From Candidatus Avispirillum sp. (GTDB taxonomy: Bacteria > Bacillota > Clostridia > Oscillospirales > CAG-272), in NCBI GenBank assembly GCA_045632025.1, contig JAZQVW010000140.1, positions 1 to 41,975 on the forward strand: a stretch of 41,975 nt of DNA. Reading direction: 5' to 3'. Positions 1-8,958 of this stretch are shown in pieces. The notes under the pieces were generated by a model. The model was given only the letters and a program-made list of their open reading frames with translations, ran no database searches and was not told the origin of the DNA. The first letter of the stretch is position 1. Every line of letters starts with the position of its first letter. A program made the position numbers and the translations under genes.

Positions 1-647
1 AGCTTAAGAGCATCTGGGCTCCCTATCTTCAGCTTGAAACAGACTACGTCTCTGTCAACAAAAGCATAGTTGAAGCACTTCCCGAGAAAAACAGAGCGCA
101 TATGCAGCTTGCCGTTGATACGGGACGTGGCATCCGCATCCTCCGTCAGGACTCCTGGGAGGCGCCTTGCTCCTTTATAATCTCACAAAACAACAACATT
201 CCCCGAATCAAGAAAATAATCTCTCAGATGAGCGAGAAATTCGGCGAAAAGCTTGATTGCGTCTACTCCTTCCCCTCCCCCAAGGCTCTTTTTGAGGCAG
301 GCGAGGCGGAAATATTCGCGCTTAAAACAGGATTTCGCGCGAAATACATATATGATGCCGCAAAAAAGGTGTATACAGGCGAGCTTGACTTAAATGCCGT
401 TGCAAATGCCGCAACCTACGACGAAGCAGCAGAAATGCTTATGACGGTTTCCGGCGTCGGCCCCAAGGTTGCCGCCTGCACCCTTCTCTTCGGATTTGGC
501 AGATACGATGCCTTCCCCGTTGACGTCTGGATAAAAAAGGTTATAGACAAGCGCTTTGACGGAAGCCTTGACCATAAGGCTCTGGGCGACGTTGCAGGAA
601 TAGCACAGCAATACCTTTTCTATTATGAAAGATATATCGAGGGCTAA
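1..647 (+). CDS. ogg: 8-oxoguanine DNA glycosylase / HhH-GPD base-excision repair enzyme (5' end lies outside the window)
   Basis: The frame of the 102..647 ORF stays open back to base 3, so the gene enters from the left edge. The product has a helix-hairpin-helix/GPD signature (VSGVGPKVAACTLLFG ... DAFPVDVWI) and the FIISQNNNIPRI block typical of Ogg-type glycosylases. Confidence 0.75.
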   Translation, partial: LKSIWAPYLQLETDYVSVNKSIVEALPEKNRAHMQLAVDTGRGIRILRQDSWEAPCSFIISQNNNIPRIKKIISQMSEKFGEKLDCVYSFPSPKALFEAGEAEIFALKTGFRAKYIYDAAKKVYTGELDLNAVANAATYDEAAEMLMTVSGVGPKVAACTLLFGFGRYDAFPVDVWIKKVIDKRFDGSLDHKALGDVAGIAQQYLFYYERYIEG

Positions 648-952
648 TAGGTCAGCTCCTCAACCATTTCGTGCAAGCAGCAGGGCGTGACTCTTCCGCG
701 GCTGATCAGCCTGAAAAGACGAAGCGCCTCAGCCTCGTTTCTTGCAATATCATAAACACGGCTCACCTCGCGTCTTCTCCCGCCGCAATCTATCTTTGTC
801 ACGGAAATGGAATAAACGCTTGAATATGCGCCGCTGTAATACGTTTGCTTTTCCTCGGTCAAACGGTAAAGCAAAATAATATCTCCCGTGAGATGCTTGA
901 TAGAGAGCCTTGTTACAAAGGGCTCTCTTTTCTGTTTTCTTAAAACTGCCAT
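644..952 (-). CDS. Small conserved hypothetical protein (about 100 aa)
   Basis: ORF 644..967 on the minus strand. An internal ATG at 952 is preceded by GGAG at good spacing, whereas the ORF-track start is a TTG. The sequence has non-repetitive, protein-like composition (…VYDIARNEAEALRLFRLISRGRVTPCCLHEMVEEL). It resembles a small Clostridia-specific family from memory only. Confidence 0.5.
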   Translation of the reverse strand: MAVLRKQKREPFVTRLSIKHLTGDIILLYRLTEEKQTYYSGAYSSVYSISVTKIDCGGRRREVSRVYDIARNEAEALRLFRLISRGRVTPCCLHEMVEELTY

Positions 953-1376
953 AGCTGTCAACTCCAAATAAAAATGTCTGCTTACGAGCTTATGTTTGTG
1001 GGTTGATTATAGGTTGAAATAGCGCTTGAAGATTAAGAAAAATCCGTCGTATTTTGGAGCGATTTTTTCTATGCACCAGCTATCCCCCAAAAGCTCCCAA
1101 AATATTGTTGATGCGATATTCTGCGACAGCGAGATGTGCCATACCGAAACATTTTTCGCCATTATTTTCATAGCCCCGCAAATGCCAATGTTTTTTTATT
1201 TGCAAAAAACGAGAGTTGTAGGTTCTTTTGACACAAAAACACTACATTGCACAAAACGCCGCGAAATTTCTCTTAATTTACAAAAAACGACATACCCTGA
1301 TGATTTGATTTGGGCAAAAAATATAGTAAAAGTGCAAAAAAACATCCATAACAATAGGGCGTTTTTTCAAATACTA

Positions 1377-1405
1377 TTGACATAAATTAAGAATTGTTAT
1401 AAAAT
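1377..1405 (+). promoter_or_regulatory. Sigma-A type promoter upstream of rny
   Basis: TTGACA (1377-1382), 17-nt spacer, TAAAAT (1400-1405). It lies about 160 nt upstream of the rny start. Confidence 0.4.
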
Positions 1406-1565
1406 AATTGTATGTGTATGCTCATACTCCGGCACAAAACTGTCGGATTTATATAGATTGAATTGCATGATTGAAAATTTAATAGTATAAGTCGGGCAGT
1501 ATCTCCGGGGATATGGTTAAATATGCTTTTAATCATTTTTAAATTATAAAGATAGGAGGTATTGC

Positions 1566-3125
1566 ATGCTACCATATGTAATAACAGGGGCAATTGCACT
1601 TATCGTTGGTCTCATCATCGGTCTTCCCTGCGGAATCGCATACCGCAAGAAGGTTGCCGAAGCGGCTATCGGAAGCGCGGAGCTCCAGGCTAAAAAGATT
1701 ATTGCAGACGGTCTGAACCAGGCGAAAGCTGATGCGGCAGCGGCAAAGAAGGAAGTTCTTATAGAAGCAAAAGAAGAAATGCTCAGAAGTAAGAACGAAT
1801 TCGAACAGGAAATTAAAGAACGCCGTAGCGAGCTCTCAAGACAGGAACGCCGAGTTCAGCAGAAGGAAGAAAATCTGGATAAGAAGACAGAAGCTCTTGA
1901 AAAGAAGGACGAAGTTCTCCAGAAGAAGATTCAGGAAAACGACGAAACAAAGGAAGAGCTGCAGAATCTTAAAACTGAAGCAAGAATGGCGCTTCAGCGT
2001 ATATCCGGTATGACAGCAGAGCAGGCAAGACAGAAGCTTATCGACGATATGGTTGATGAGGTTCGTCACGAGCAGGCAAAGAGAATGGTTGAGCTTGAAG
2101 AGGAATTCAAGGACGCAGCTGATGATAAGGCGAGAAATATTATCTCCCTTGCTATCCAGCGCTGCGCAGCTGACCACGTTGCCGAAATCACAGTTTCCAC
2201 AGTATCTCTCCCCAGCGAGGATATGAAGGGACGCATCATCGGTCGTGAGGGTAGAAATATCCGCACCATCGAAACACTTACAGGCGTTGATCTTATTATC
2301 GACGACACACCTGAAGCAATTACAATTTCCAGCTTTGATCCTATCAGAAGAGAGGTTGCAAGACTCGCTCTTGAAAAGCTCATCTCCGACGGTAGAATCC
2401 ATCCCACAAGAATCGAAGAAATGGTTGAAAAGGCTCGCCACGAGGTTGAGGTTTCAATCAAGAAGGCGGGCGACGCCGCAACGTTCGAAACAGGTATCCA
2501 CGGTCTTAACAACGAGCTTGTTAAGCTTCTCGGCCGCCTGAAGTACAGAACAAGCTACGGCCAGAACGTTCTCCGCCACTCTATCGAGGTTTCCCTTCTC
2601 TCCGGTATTATTGCGGACGAGCTTGGCGTTGACAGCACACTTGCTAAGCGCGCAGGTCTTCTCCACGATATCGGTAAGGCGCTGACAGCAGAGCTTGAGG
2701 GATCCCACGTTCAGCTCGGTGTTGACACAGCGAGAAAGTATAAGGAGGGCAAGGAAGTTCTCCACGCGATCGAAGCGCACCACGGTGACGTTGAGCCTCA
2801 GACAATCATCGCTATGATCGTTCAGGCAGCGGACGCAATTTCTGCGGCAAGACCCGGCGCAAGACGCGAAAATCTTGAAAACTACATTAAGAGACTCACA
2901 AAGCTTGAAGAGATCGCTAAGAGCTTTGAGGGTGTTGAAAAATCCTTTGCAATCCAGGCAGGCCGTGAGGTTCGTATTATGGTTAAGCCTGAGATCATCA
3001 CAGACGATAAGATGCCCTTCGTTGCTCGAGACATCGTTAAGAAGATCGAGGAAGAGCTTGAATATCCCGGACAGATCAAGGTTAATATCATCAGAGAAAG
3101 CCGCGCTGTTGATTACGCAAAGTAA
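1566..3125 (+). CDS. rny: Ribonuclease Y
   Basis: N-terminal membrane helix, long charged coiled coil, KH domain ([26 protein letters not shown]) and HD domain (LRHSIEVS…LLHDIGKA). GGAGG RBS sits 5 nt upstream. Confidence 0.97.
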   Translation: MLPYVITGAIALIVGLIIGLPCGIAYRKKVAEAAIGSAELQAKKIIADGLNQAKADAAAAKKEVLIEAKEEMLRSKNEFEQEIKERRSELSRQERRVQQKEENLDKKTEALEKKDEVLQKKIQENDETKEELQNLKTEARMALQRISGMTAEQARQKLIDDMVDEVRHEQAKRMVELEEEFKDAADDKARNIISLAIQRCAADHVAEITVSTVSLPSEDMKGRIIGREGRNIRTIETLTGVDLIIDDTPEAITISSFDPIRREVARLALEKLISDGRIHPTRIEEMVEKARHEVEVSIKKAGDAATFETGIHGLNNELVKLLGRLKYRTSYGQNVLRHSIEVSLLSGIIADELGVDSTLAKRAGLLHDIGKALTAELEGSHVQLGVDTARKYKEGKEVLHAIEAHHGDVEPQTIIAMIVQAADAISAARPGARRENLENYIKRLTKLEEIAKSFEGVEKSFAIQAGREVRIMVKPEIITDDKMPFVARDIVKKIEEELEYPGQIKVNIIRESRAVDYAK

Positions 3126-3206
3126 AAAGGTAAGCTAACGTCTTACAAAATTCCGTGGCGAAAGCCGTTCATATATACTTAATATAGAGCTATAACGGAA
3201 ACAATC

Positions 3207-3234
3207 AGGGACTGCATTTGCAGTCCCTTTTTTG
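3207..3234 (+). terminator. Intrinsic terminator after rny
   Basis: AGGGACTGCA/TGCAGTCCCT stem followed by TTTTTTG. Confidence 0.7.
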
Positions 3235-3263
3235 CGCTGTATTGGCCTTCGCTTATTTTAATG

Positions 3264-3370
3264 ACGTAGGGCGGGGGTCTACTCCCGCCGTTATTAATGC
3301 AATCTTACGTTTTGCATTTTATAATTTTGTTTGTGTTTTATGGCGGCGGGAGCGAGCCCCCGCCCTACGG
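3264..3370. repeat. Inverted pair of a ~28-nt GC-rich hairpin unit (ACGTAGGGCGGGGGTCTACTCCCGCCGTT / CGGCGGGAGCGAGCCCCCGCCCTACGG)
   Basis: 3264-3292 and 3344-3370 are near reverse complements separated by an AT-rich ~50-nt spacer. A third copy lies at 5810-5837. Confidence 0.75.
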
Positions 3371-3558
3371 GATAGACGGCAACTTTCGCTCAACCCGCAT
3401 GGGGAGGCTTGGCAGACGACTGATGGTTGCTCCTACAAAACTTGACTCCCCAAACTTCCCGTGATATACTAATTGTAAGCAGAAATCCAAATTTTTTTGA
3501 CAAACCACTTGACTGTAAAGCAACTTTATAGTGTATAAACGATACGGAGGTGATATAA

Positions 3559-4338
3559 ATGACCATTAAAGAAGTTGAGCAGATATTATCCGTATCCCGC
3601 GCTAACATTCGTTTTTACGAAAAAGAAGGATTGTTAACTACAGCAAGAAAGTCCAATAATTATCGCGATTATAGCGAAGAGAATATACAGGAATTAAAGA
3701 AAATAATTCTATTCCGAAAGTTGGGCTTTACCGTTGACGAAATCAAAAAAATGCAGAGCGGTGACTTAAAGCTTGATAATGCTGCAAATGATAATATTGC
3801 CCGTCTTGAACTGTAAATTGAAAATCTCAAAGGAGCGTTGAAGCTTACAAAAAGATTGGCAAGCGAACACTCCGATTTTCAAGACTTGGATGAAAACTAC
3901 TATTTTGATGTATTGGTTTCCGAAGAAAAGAATGGAGCAAAATTTGTAGACATTTTAAAAGATTATCTACAATTTCAATCTGACAGATTTGACGATATGT
4001 GGAAGCTGGTATTCTTTCACGATTTCAAAAATTCGAGAAAAAAGCATGGAACTCTTGCCGCTGTTATCGTACTTTTTGTTATTTGCGTAGCACGGGGATT
4101 GTCATATAAATTTATTTGGCAATCAGGACCTTTTTGGGAAGGCTTTTTATACCCTTTTATCTTATTTGCAGGTGCTTCTTTAATCACAACACCTCTACAT
4201 ATGCTTTCAAAAAAATCACCTAAAGTTGCTTCTGTTATAGCAGGAATTCTTTTGTTCCTAATTATTTTGTTTTTTGCAGGACTTGCTATTCTTATAATTG
4301 TTTTAATTTTGAATTCGATTTTCCATTTTTGGTTTTAA
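3559..4338 (+). pseudogene. MerR-family regulator with C-terminal membrane domain, interrupted by one in-frame TAA (3814-3816)
   Basis: ORFs 3559..3816 and 3838..4338 are in the same frame, separated only by TAA plus 7 sense codons. The N-terminus is a MerR HTH (IKEVEQILSVSRANIRFYEKEGLL…YRDYSEENIQELKKIILFRKLGFTVDEIK). The stop falls inside the expected dimerisation helix. The downstream ORF has only a TTG start, 2 nt after a GGAG. Confidence 0.6.
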
Positions 4339-4372
4339 TAAAACATTGGACAAATCGAGAAAGGTACGTACA

Positions 4373-4564
4373 ATGAAAAACAAAAATGACATATTAAGAT
4401 TAATTGCTTCTACATCACTTTTTCTTGCAACAATAATAAACTTTTCAAATAATTTTATTGAATTACCTGAGGCTATACATTTCTTGGGTGTTACTCTATT
4501 ATTAACCACTTTAATTCTTTATATTATTATTCTTATTAGATATTTCAAAGACAAACGCTCTTAA
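4373..4564 (+). CDS. Small two-helix membrane protein, hypothetical
   Basis: ATG at 4373 preceded by GAGAAAGG. The product has two hydrophobic helices. It lies in the AT-rich islet co-directional with its neighbours. Confidence 0.45.
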   Translation: MKNKNDILRLIASTSLFLATIINFSNNFIELPEAIHFLGVTLLLTTLILYIIILIRYFKDKRS

Positions 4565-4596
4565 ATTATATAACAACTTACAAAGAGAGACTTTTA

Positions 4597-5124
4597 ATGG
4601 AAATAACAGCAAAATGCAAGTTTGATTTTGAAACTATAAAAGCTCTGACACATTTAGCAGTTTTCAAAAAATCAAACCCGAAAAAGCAATTCATTTTAAT
4701 AACTATACTTGATACAATCGCCATTGTATTATCGCTTTTGGAAATTATTCTTTTTTCAGCACCATTCGGTTGGATTTTTCCTTGTACTATATTTATGCTT
4801 CTGTTTATAAACTACATATATTTCCTCTTGCCCAAGGTAAGATATAAGGCATTGGCAAAAATGAAAACAGCTGAAAACGAATATATTTTCTATGATAATT
4901 CCTTTAAGATATTCGCTAAAAACGAAGTATATAACGGCGAAGCTGATATCGAATATTCTCTTCTTGTTTGTGCATATGAAACATCCAAATATTTCTTCTT
5001 GTATCAAACAAACAACCAAGCTTTTATCGTTGACAAATCTACCCTTGTAGGAGGAACTGCAGAGGAAATAAAAAGCAAGCTTAGTTATTTCCTCAAAAAC
5101 AAATATTTCGTTTGCAGATACTAA
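4597..5124 (+). CDS. YcxB-like membrane protein
   Basis: Two adjacent TM helices followed by a soluble domain (…YIFYDNSFKIF…YSLLVCAYETSKYFFLYQTNNQAFIVDKSTL). This layout is characteristic of YcxB-like proteins. AGAGAG RBS. Confidence 0.6.
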   Translation: MEITAKCKFDFETIKALTHLAVFKKSNPKKQFILITILDTIAIVLSLLEIILFSAPFGWIFPCTIFMLLFINYIYFLLPKVRYKALAKMKTAENEYIFYDNSFKIFAKNEVYNGEADIEYSLLVCAYETSKYFFLYQTNNQAFIVDKSTLVGGTAEEIKSKLSYFLKNKYFVCRY

Positions 5125-5139
5125 AAGGAGGTAGTGTTA

Positions 5140-5733
5140 ATGAAAAAAGTATTAAATGCATTTAAGAATCTTGGCTTTGAAATATTGGGTATTATACTTG
5201 TTATAATACTTGGAGTATTTTTAATTTTAATGTTGCCATTTGACTACATAAAATACAAAAGATCTCTTTATTACAAAACTGAACATAAAAAATATACCCT
5301 CTTCGCGGCATCGGGATTTGCATTTGATTTGTATAATGAGATATTGAAGCACAATTTGCCTATCAAATACATTCACAATCCGAACAACGATGATTTAGGT
5401 TGCGGTTGGTTTGTTTATAACAGCACGCTTATCATTCTTAATGTTCTTGATTTTGAATATGATACTAAAAACAACACGTGGGCTTTTTGCTGTGAAGATC
5501 CTGAGGAAGAAACCACAGAAGCCAGAAGCATTATGACCCTTGACGAATATATAGAAACAAGCATCGCAGATGCAAATAAACTTGCAGGAAAAACCATCTG
5601 CGACAATGCGGTTGTCTTAATAGAAGCGGATATGTTTGATGATCCGGAGCTTGCAAAGCAGGAAAAGAGATTTGTAATCTATGATGATAATCTTGCCGAA
5701 GCGCTGAAGGCTTTTTGTGATAAAAATATTTAA
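5140..5733 (+). CDS. Membrane-anchored hypothetical protein
   Basis: ATG at 5140 lies 8 nt after AAGGAGG. One N-terminal TM helix. No recognisable domain. Confidence 0.55.
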   Translation: MKKVLNAFKNLGFEILGIILVIILGVFLILMLPFDYIKYKRSLYYKTEHKKYTLFAASGFAFDLYNEILKHNLPIKYIHNPNNDDLGCGWFVYNSTLIILNVLDFEYDTKNNTWAFCCEDPEEETTEARSIMTLDEYIETSIADANKLAGKTICDNAVVLIEADMFDDPELAKQEKRFVIYDDNLAEALKAFCDKNI

Positions 5734-5738
5734 TTTAA

Positions 5739-5766
5739 AGCACCCTAAGGGGTGCTTTTGATTTTT
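5739..5766 (+). terminator. Intrinsic terminator closing the AT-rich islet
   Basis: AGCACCC/GGGTGCT stem followed by TTTGATTTTT. Confidence 0.7.
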
Positions 5767-5809
5767 ATAAAACGGACGACCGATGCTGAATTATAGAATT
5801 GTATTAAAA

Positions 5810-5910
5810 CGGCGGGAGTAAACCCCCGCCCTACGTTATCAAATTTTGTGTAAGCCAAGCCCAGACTCCTCACCCACCGCAAAGCGGTCCCCCCTCCCCC
5901 AGGGGAGGGC
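5810..5910. repeat. GC-rich palindromic repeat cluster (unit 1 copy plus ~54-nt unit 2 copy)
   Basis: 5810-5837 CGGCGGGAGTAAACCCCCGCCCTACGTT matches the reverse complement of 3264-3292. 5857-5910 is the reverse complement, with a few substitutions, of 39706-39758. Confidence 0.8.
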
Positions 5911-5960
5911 TTAATGGCGAAACATTTGTTCTTTTTCTTGCTATTTCCAAGGAATTTTGC

Positions 5961-5989
5961 TTGACTATAGAGGGGTTTTGTTATATAAT
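5961..5989 (+). promoter_or_regulatory. Sigma-A type promoter upstream of recA
   Basis: TTGACT (5961-5966), 17-nt spacer, TATAAT (5984-5989). Confidence 0.55.
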
Positions 5990-6040
5990 TATTATGTATA
6001 TTTATAAACATTTCACTATAACGAAAGGCAATATAAAATT

Positions 6041-7150
6041 ATGGCAGCAAAGAAGAAAATCACAGTTGCGGCAGCAGAAGATACAGGCGCTGAAAACAAG
6101 AAAAAGGCCCTTGCTACCGCTATTTCTCAGATAGAAAAGGCTTACGGAAAGGGAACTATCATTAAGATGGGCGAAAGCCCCGAAATGAACGTTTCCGTTG
6201 TTTCCACAGGCTCCATCGGTCTTGACCTCGCTCTCGGTGTCGGCGGATTCCCCCGCGGTCGTATCGTTGAGATCTACGGTCCCGAATCCTCCGGTAAAAC
6301 AACTATCGCTCTCCACGCAGTTGCAGAGGTGCAGAAGCTTGGCGGCGAGGCGGCTTATATTGACGCTGAGCACGCGCTTGACCCTGCATATGCAAAGAAT
6401 CTGGGCGTTAACATTGACGAGCTTCTGGTTTCTCAGCCCGACTCCGGTGAGCAGGCTCTTGAGGTTTGCGAGGCCCTCGTTCGCTCAGGCGCTATCGACA
6501 TCATCGTTATTGACTCCGTTGCGGCTCTCGTTCCTCAGCAGGAAATTGAGGGCAATATGGGCTCCTCCCACGTTGGTCTTCAGGCTCGTCTCATGAGCCA
6601 GGCTCTTCGTAAGCTCTCCGCAACTATCAACAAGACAAACTGTATCGTTATCTTCATCAACCAGCTCCGTGAAAAGGTTGGCGTTATGTACGGCAACCCC
6701 GAAACAACAACAGGCGGCCGCGCTCTTAAGTTCTACGCTTCCGTTCGCCTTGACATCAGAAAAACTGAGGTCCTCAAGGCAGGCAGCGAGCCTTACGGTA
6801 ACAGAGTTAAGTGTAAAGTAGTTAAGAACAAGGTTGCTCCCCCCTTCAAGGTTGCAGAATTTGACATTCTCTTCGGCAAGGGTATCTCCAAGATGAGCGA
6901 AATGGTTGATATGGGCGTTGAAACAAAGGTTATCGAAAAGAGCGGCTCCTGGTTCTATTACGAGGGCGAACGCCTCGGCCAGGGTAAGGACAACGCGCGC
7001 GCAACAATCGAAGCAAACGCTGAGCTTGCAGCTGAGATCGAAGCAAAGATCAAGGCGGCTATGACAGCAAACCTTGAAGAGGAATTTGATATGCCCGAGG
7101 ACGACGAGGATCTTGAAATCGACCTCATGGGACTTGATCTCGACGAATAA
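6041..7150 (+). CDS. recA: Recombinase A
   Basis: Walker [10 protein letters not shown], the IDSVAAL and FINQLREK blocks, and an acidic C-terminal tail. Confidence 0.98.
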   Translation: MAAKKKITVAAAEDTGAENKKKALATAISQIEKAYGKGTIIKMGESPEMNVSVVSTGSIGLDLALGVGGFPRGRIVEIYGPESSGKTTIALHAVAEVQKLGGEAAYIDAEHALDPAYAKNLGVNIDELLVSQPDSGEQALEVCEALVRSGAIDIIVIDSVAALVPQQEIEGNMGSSHVGLQARLMSQALRKLSATINKTNCIVIFINQLREKVGVMYGNPETTTGGRALKFYASVRLDIRKTEVLKAGSEPYGNRVKCKVVKNKVAPPFKVAEFDILFGKGISKMSEMVDMGVETKVIEKSGSWFYYEGERLGQGKDNARATIEANAELAAEIEAKIKAAMTANLEEEFDMPEDDEDLEIDLMGLDLDE

Positions 7151-7176
7151 ATTTTAAATCCAACAGGTGAAACGCC

Positions 7177-8298
7177 TTGATCTGCAAAAAGATTACTTAT
7201 AACAATTTCAGAAACATCGAAAATGAAACGCTGACGCTTTCGCCGGGGGTAAACGTTATCCGCGGCGAAAACGCTCAGGGAAAATCCAATATGCTCGAGG
7301 GCATCTATTTCTTTGCCCGCGGGCGTTCTTTTCGCGCTTCAAAGGATAAGGAGCTGATCCGCTTTGGCGAGAGCGAAGCAAATCTCTCCCTTGATTTCAC
7401 CCGTGACGAAAGCGAGAGAGTTTCCACTCTCACAGCTACCATCCCATCCCAAGGCAAAAAGATCATCACCCGAAACGGAGCCAAGCTATCATCTCTCAAG
7501 GAAATGATAGGAAACTTCCGCGCAGTTCTTTTTTGTCCTGCCCATCTCACCCTTGTTGACGGAGGACCGTCCCTTCGCCGCAGCTTTCTCGATATCGCTC
7601 TTTCTCAGCTCTATCCTGCCTATCTTGACAGCCTTTCAACCTATAACAGAGCTCTGGGACAGCGAACAGCCCTTCTTCGCGAAGCGGCCGCAGGAAAAAA
7701 GATAGATAACTATATGTGGGAGATCTATGCAGACCAGCTGGCAAGCTCGGGTGCCGTGATCGCCGCCAGACGATGGGAATACACCAACGGACTCTCCGAC
7801 TCCCTCTCCGTTTTCTTCTCGGAAATGACAAACGGAAGGGAAGTGCCGCTCCTGACTTATAAGAGCGACGCCATTGAAGCCGATATGACCTATGACGAGA
7901 TCATACGTGACGGCGAAAAGCTGCTTTTCGACTCTATTATGGCCTCTCTTGAAAAGGATATTAAATATACAATGAACTCCCACGGAGTTCACCGCGATGA
8001 TATCGCCATTAAAATAAATCAGAAGGACGCCCGCCTTTACGCCTCTCAGGGACAGAGAAGATCTCTTGCTCTCTCAATGAAGCTGGCGGAGGGCGAGCTT
8101 TCCAAGGCCGCCACAGGCGAATTTCCCGTTTTTCTTCTGGACGACGTTTTAAGCGAGCTTGACCGCAACAGAAGAGGATATATCCTCGGATGTCTTCGTG
8201 ACAGACAGATAATCGTTACCTCCTGCGAGGACGATCATTTCAAGGGCGATAACGTGAAATTCATAACTGCCTCAGGCGGAAAAATTATTGAAGAATGA
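7177..8298 (+). CDS. recF: DNA replication/repair protein RecF
   Basis: N-terminal FRNIE…GENAQGKSNMLEGIYFFARGRSFRA (RecF-type Walker A) and C-terminal SQGQRRSLALSMKLAE…FLLDDVLSELD (ABC signature plus Walker B). TTG start. Confidence 0.85.
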   Translation: MICKKITYNNFRNIENETLTLSPGVNVIRGENAQGKSNMLEGIYFFARGRSFRASKDKELIRFGESEANLSLDFTRDESERVSTLTATIPSQGKKIITRNGAKLSSLKEMIGNFRAVLFCPAHLTLVDGGPSLRRSFLDIALSQLYPAYLDSLSTYNRALGQRTALLREAAAGKKIDNYMWEIYADQLASSGAVIAARRWEYTNGLSDSLSVFFSEMTNGREVPLLTYKSDAIEADMTYDEIIRDGEKLLFDSIMASLEKDIKYTMNSHGVHRDDIAIKINQKDARLYASQGQRRSLALSMKLAEGELSKAATGEFPVFLLDDVLSELDRNRRGYILGCLRDRQIIVTSCEDDHFKGDNVKFITASGGKIIEE

Positions 8299-8936
8299 AA
8301 ACGTATTTTATAAAAGACATTTTTGAATCCCGACGCGGAATGGGAATCGAGCTTATGAGCGACGACATAGCGGAAGAAAACGTTGTTTTCTACGTTGGAG
8401 CAAAGACCATACGCGAATTGGGACTTTCAAAGAGTATGGACATAGACGAGGTCTGCTTTTCTCAGCTTGAGGATGCTCACAAGCTGAGGGCTGCGGTCTA
8501 TAAGGCGGCTGATATTCTTGCCGCAGGGGACTACAGCGTTTCAAAGCTTCAGAAAAAGCTGACCGATAAGGGAATAGACCGCGAAACCGCCCTCGCCGCC
8601 GCCAAATATATGGAGGAGCGAGGATATATCAGGGAAGCTGAGCAGGCCGCCCGCCTTGCAGAATATCTTGCAAAAATCAAGCTCCGCGGCAAAAAGCGTG
8701 TTTATCAGGAGCTTCTTCAAAAGGGCTACGGCAAATTCGCCGTAAAGCACGCGGTTGAATTCGTTACCGACGAGGAATACTACGAAATTTTAAAAGAGCA
8801 TATCAAAAGAAAATACAAAACGCCTGCCGCCGACAGAAGGGAACTGGAGAAAAGGGTTGCCGCCCTTGTCCGCCAGGGATTTTCGGCAGGAGATGCCCTT
8901 CGCGCACTGCGAGAGGCAGATGAAAACGAAATTTAA
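8295..8936 (+). CDS. recX: RecA regulator RecX
   Basis: Repeated three-helix modules (…KLTDKGIDRETALAAAKYMEERGYI…ELLQKGY…LVRQGFSAGDALRAL) and position in the recA operon. Its start overlaps the recF stop (ATGA). Confidence 0.75.
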   Translation: MKTYFIKDIFESRRGMGIELMSDDIAEENVVFYVGAKTIRELGLSKSMDIDEVCFSQLEDAHKLRAAVYKAADILAAGDYSVSKLQKKLTDKGIDRETALAAAKYMEERGYIREAEQAARLAEYLAKIKLRGKKRVYQELLQKGYGKFAVKHAVEFVTDEEYYEILKEHIKRKYKTPAADRRELEKRVAALVRQGFSAGDALRALREADENEI

Positions 8937-8958
8937 TTTATTTTTGAGGAATACAAAA

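Noticed and set aside
1026-1385. 119-aa ORF upstream of rny.
   Set aside because: It has a TTG start without an RBS and a low-complexity, AT-driven composition (many K, F, I, Q). It overlaps the A-tract region.
3218-3445. 75-aa ORF. Related ORFs are 5745..6011 (minus strand) and 33845..34216.
   Set aside because: They read straight through the GC-rich palindromic repeat units, giving peptides like …GRGSTPAV… or …SPGGGGTALRWVRS…. They have no RBS and are artefacts of the repeats.
5918-5931. Possible LexA (Cheo-type) box CGAAACATTTGTTC upstream of recA.
   Set aside because: It matches GAAC-N4-GTTC only with one half-site mismatch (AAAC). It lies ~30 nt upstream of the -35, and I cannot score it against a clade-specific matrix, so it is left as unproven.
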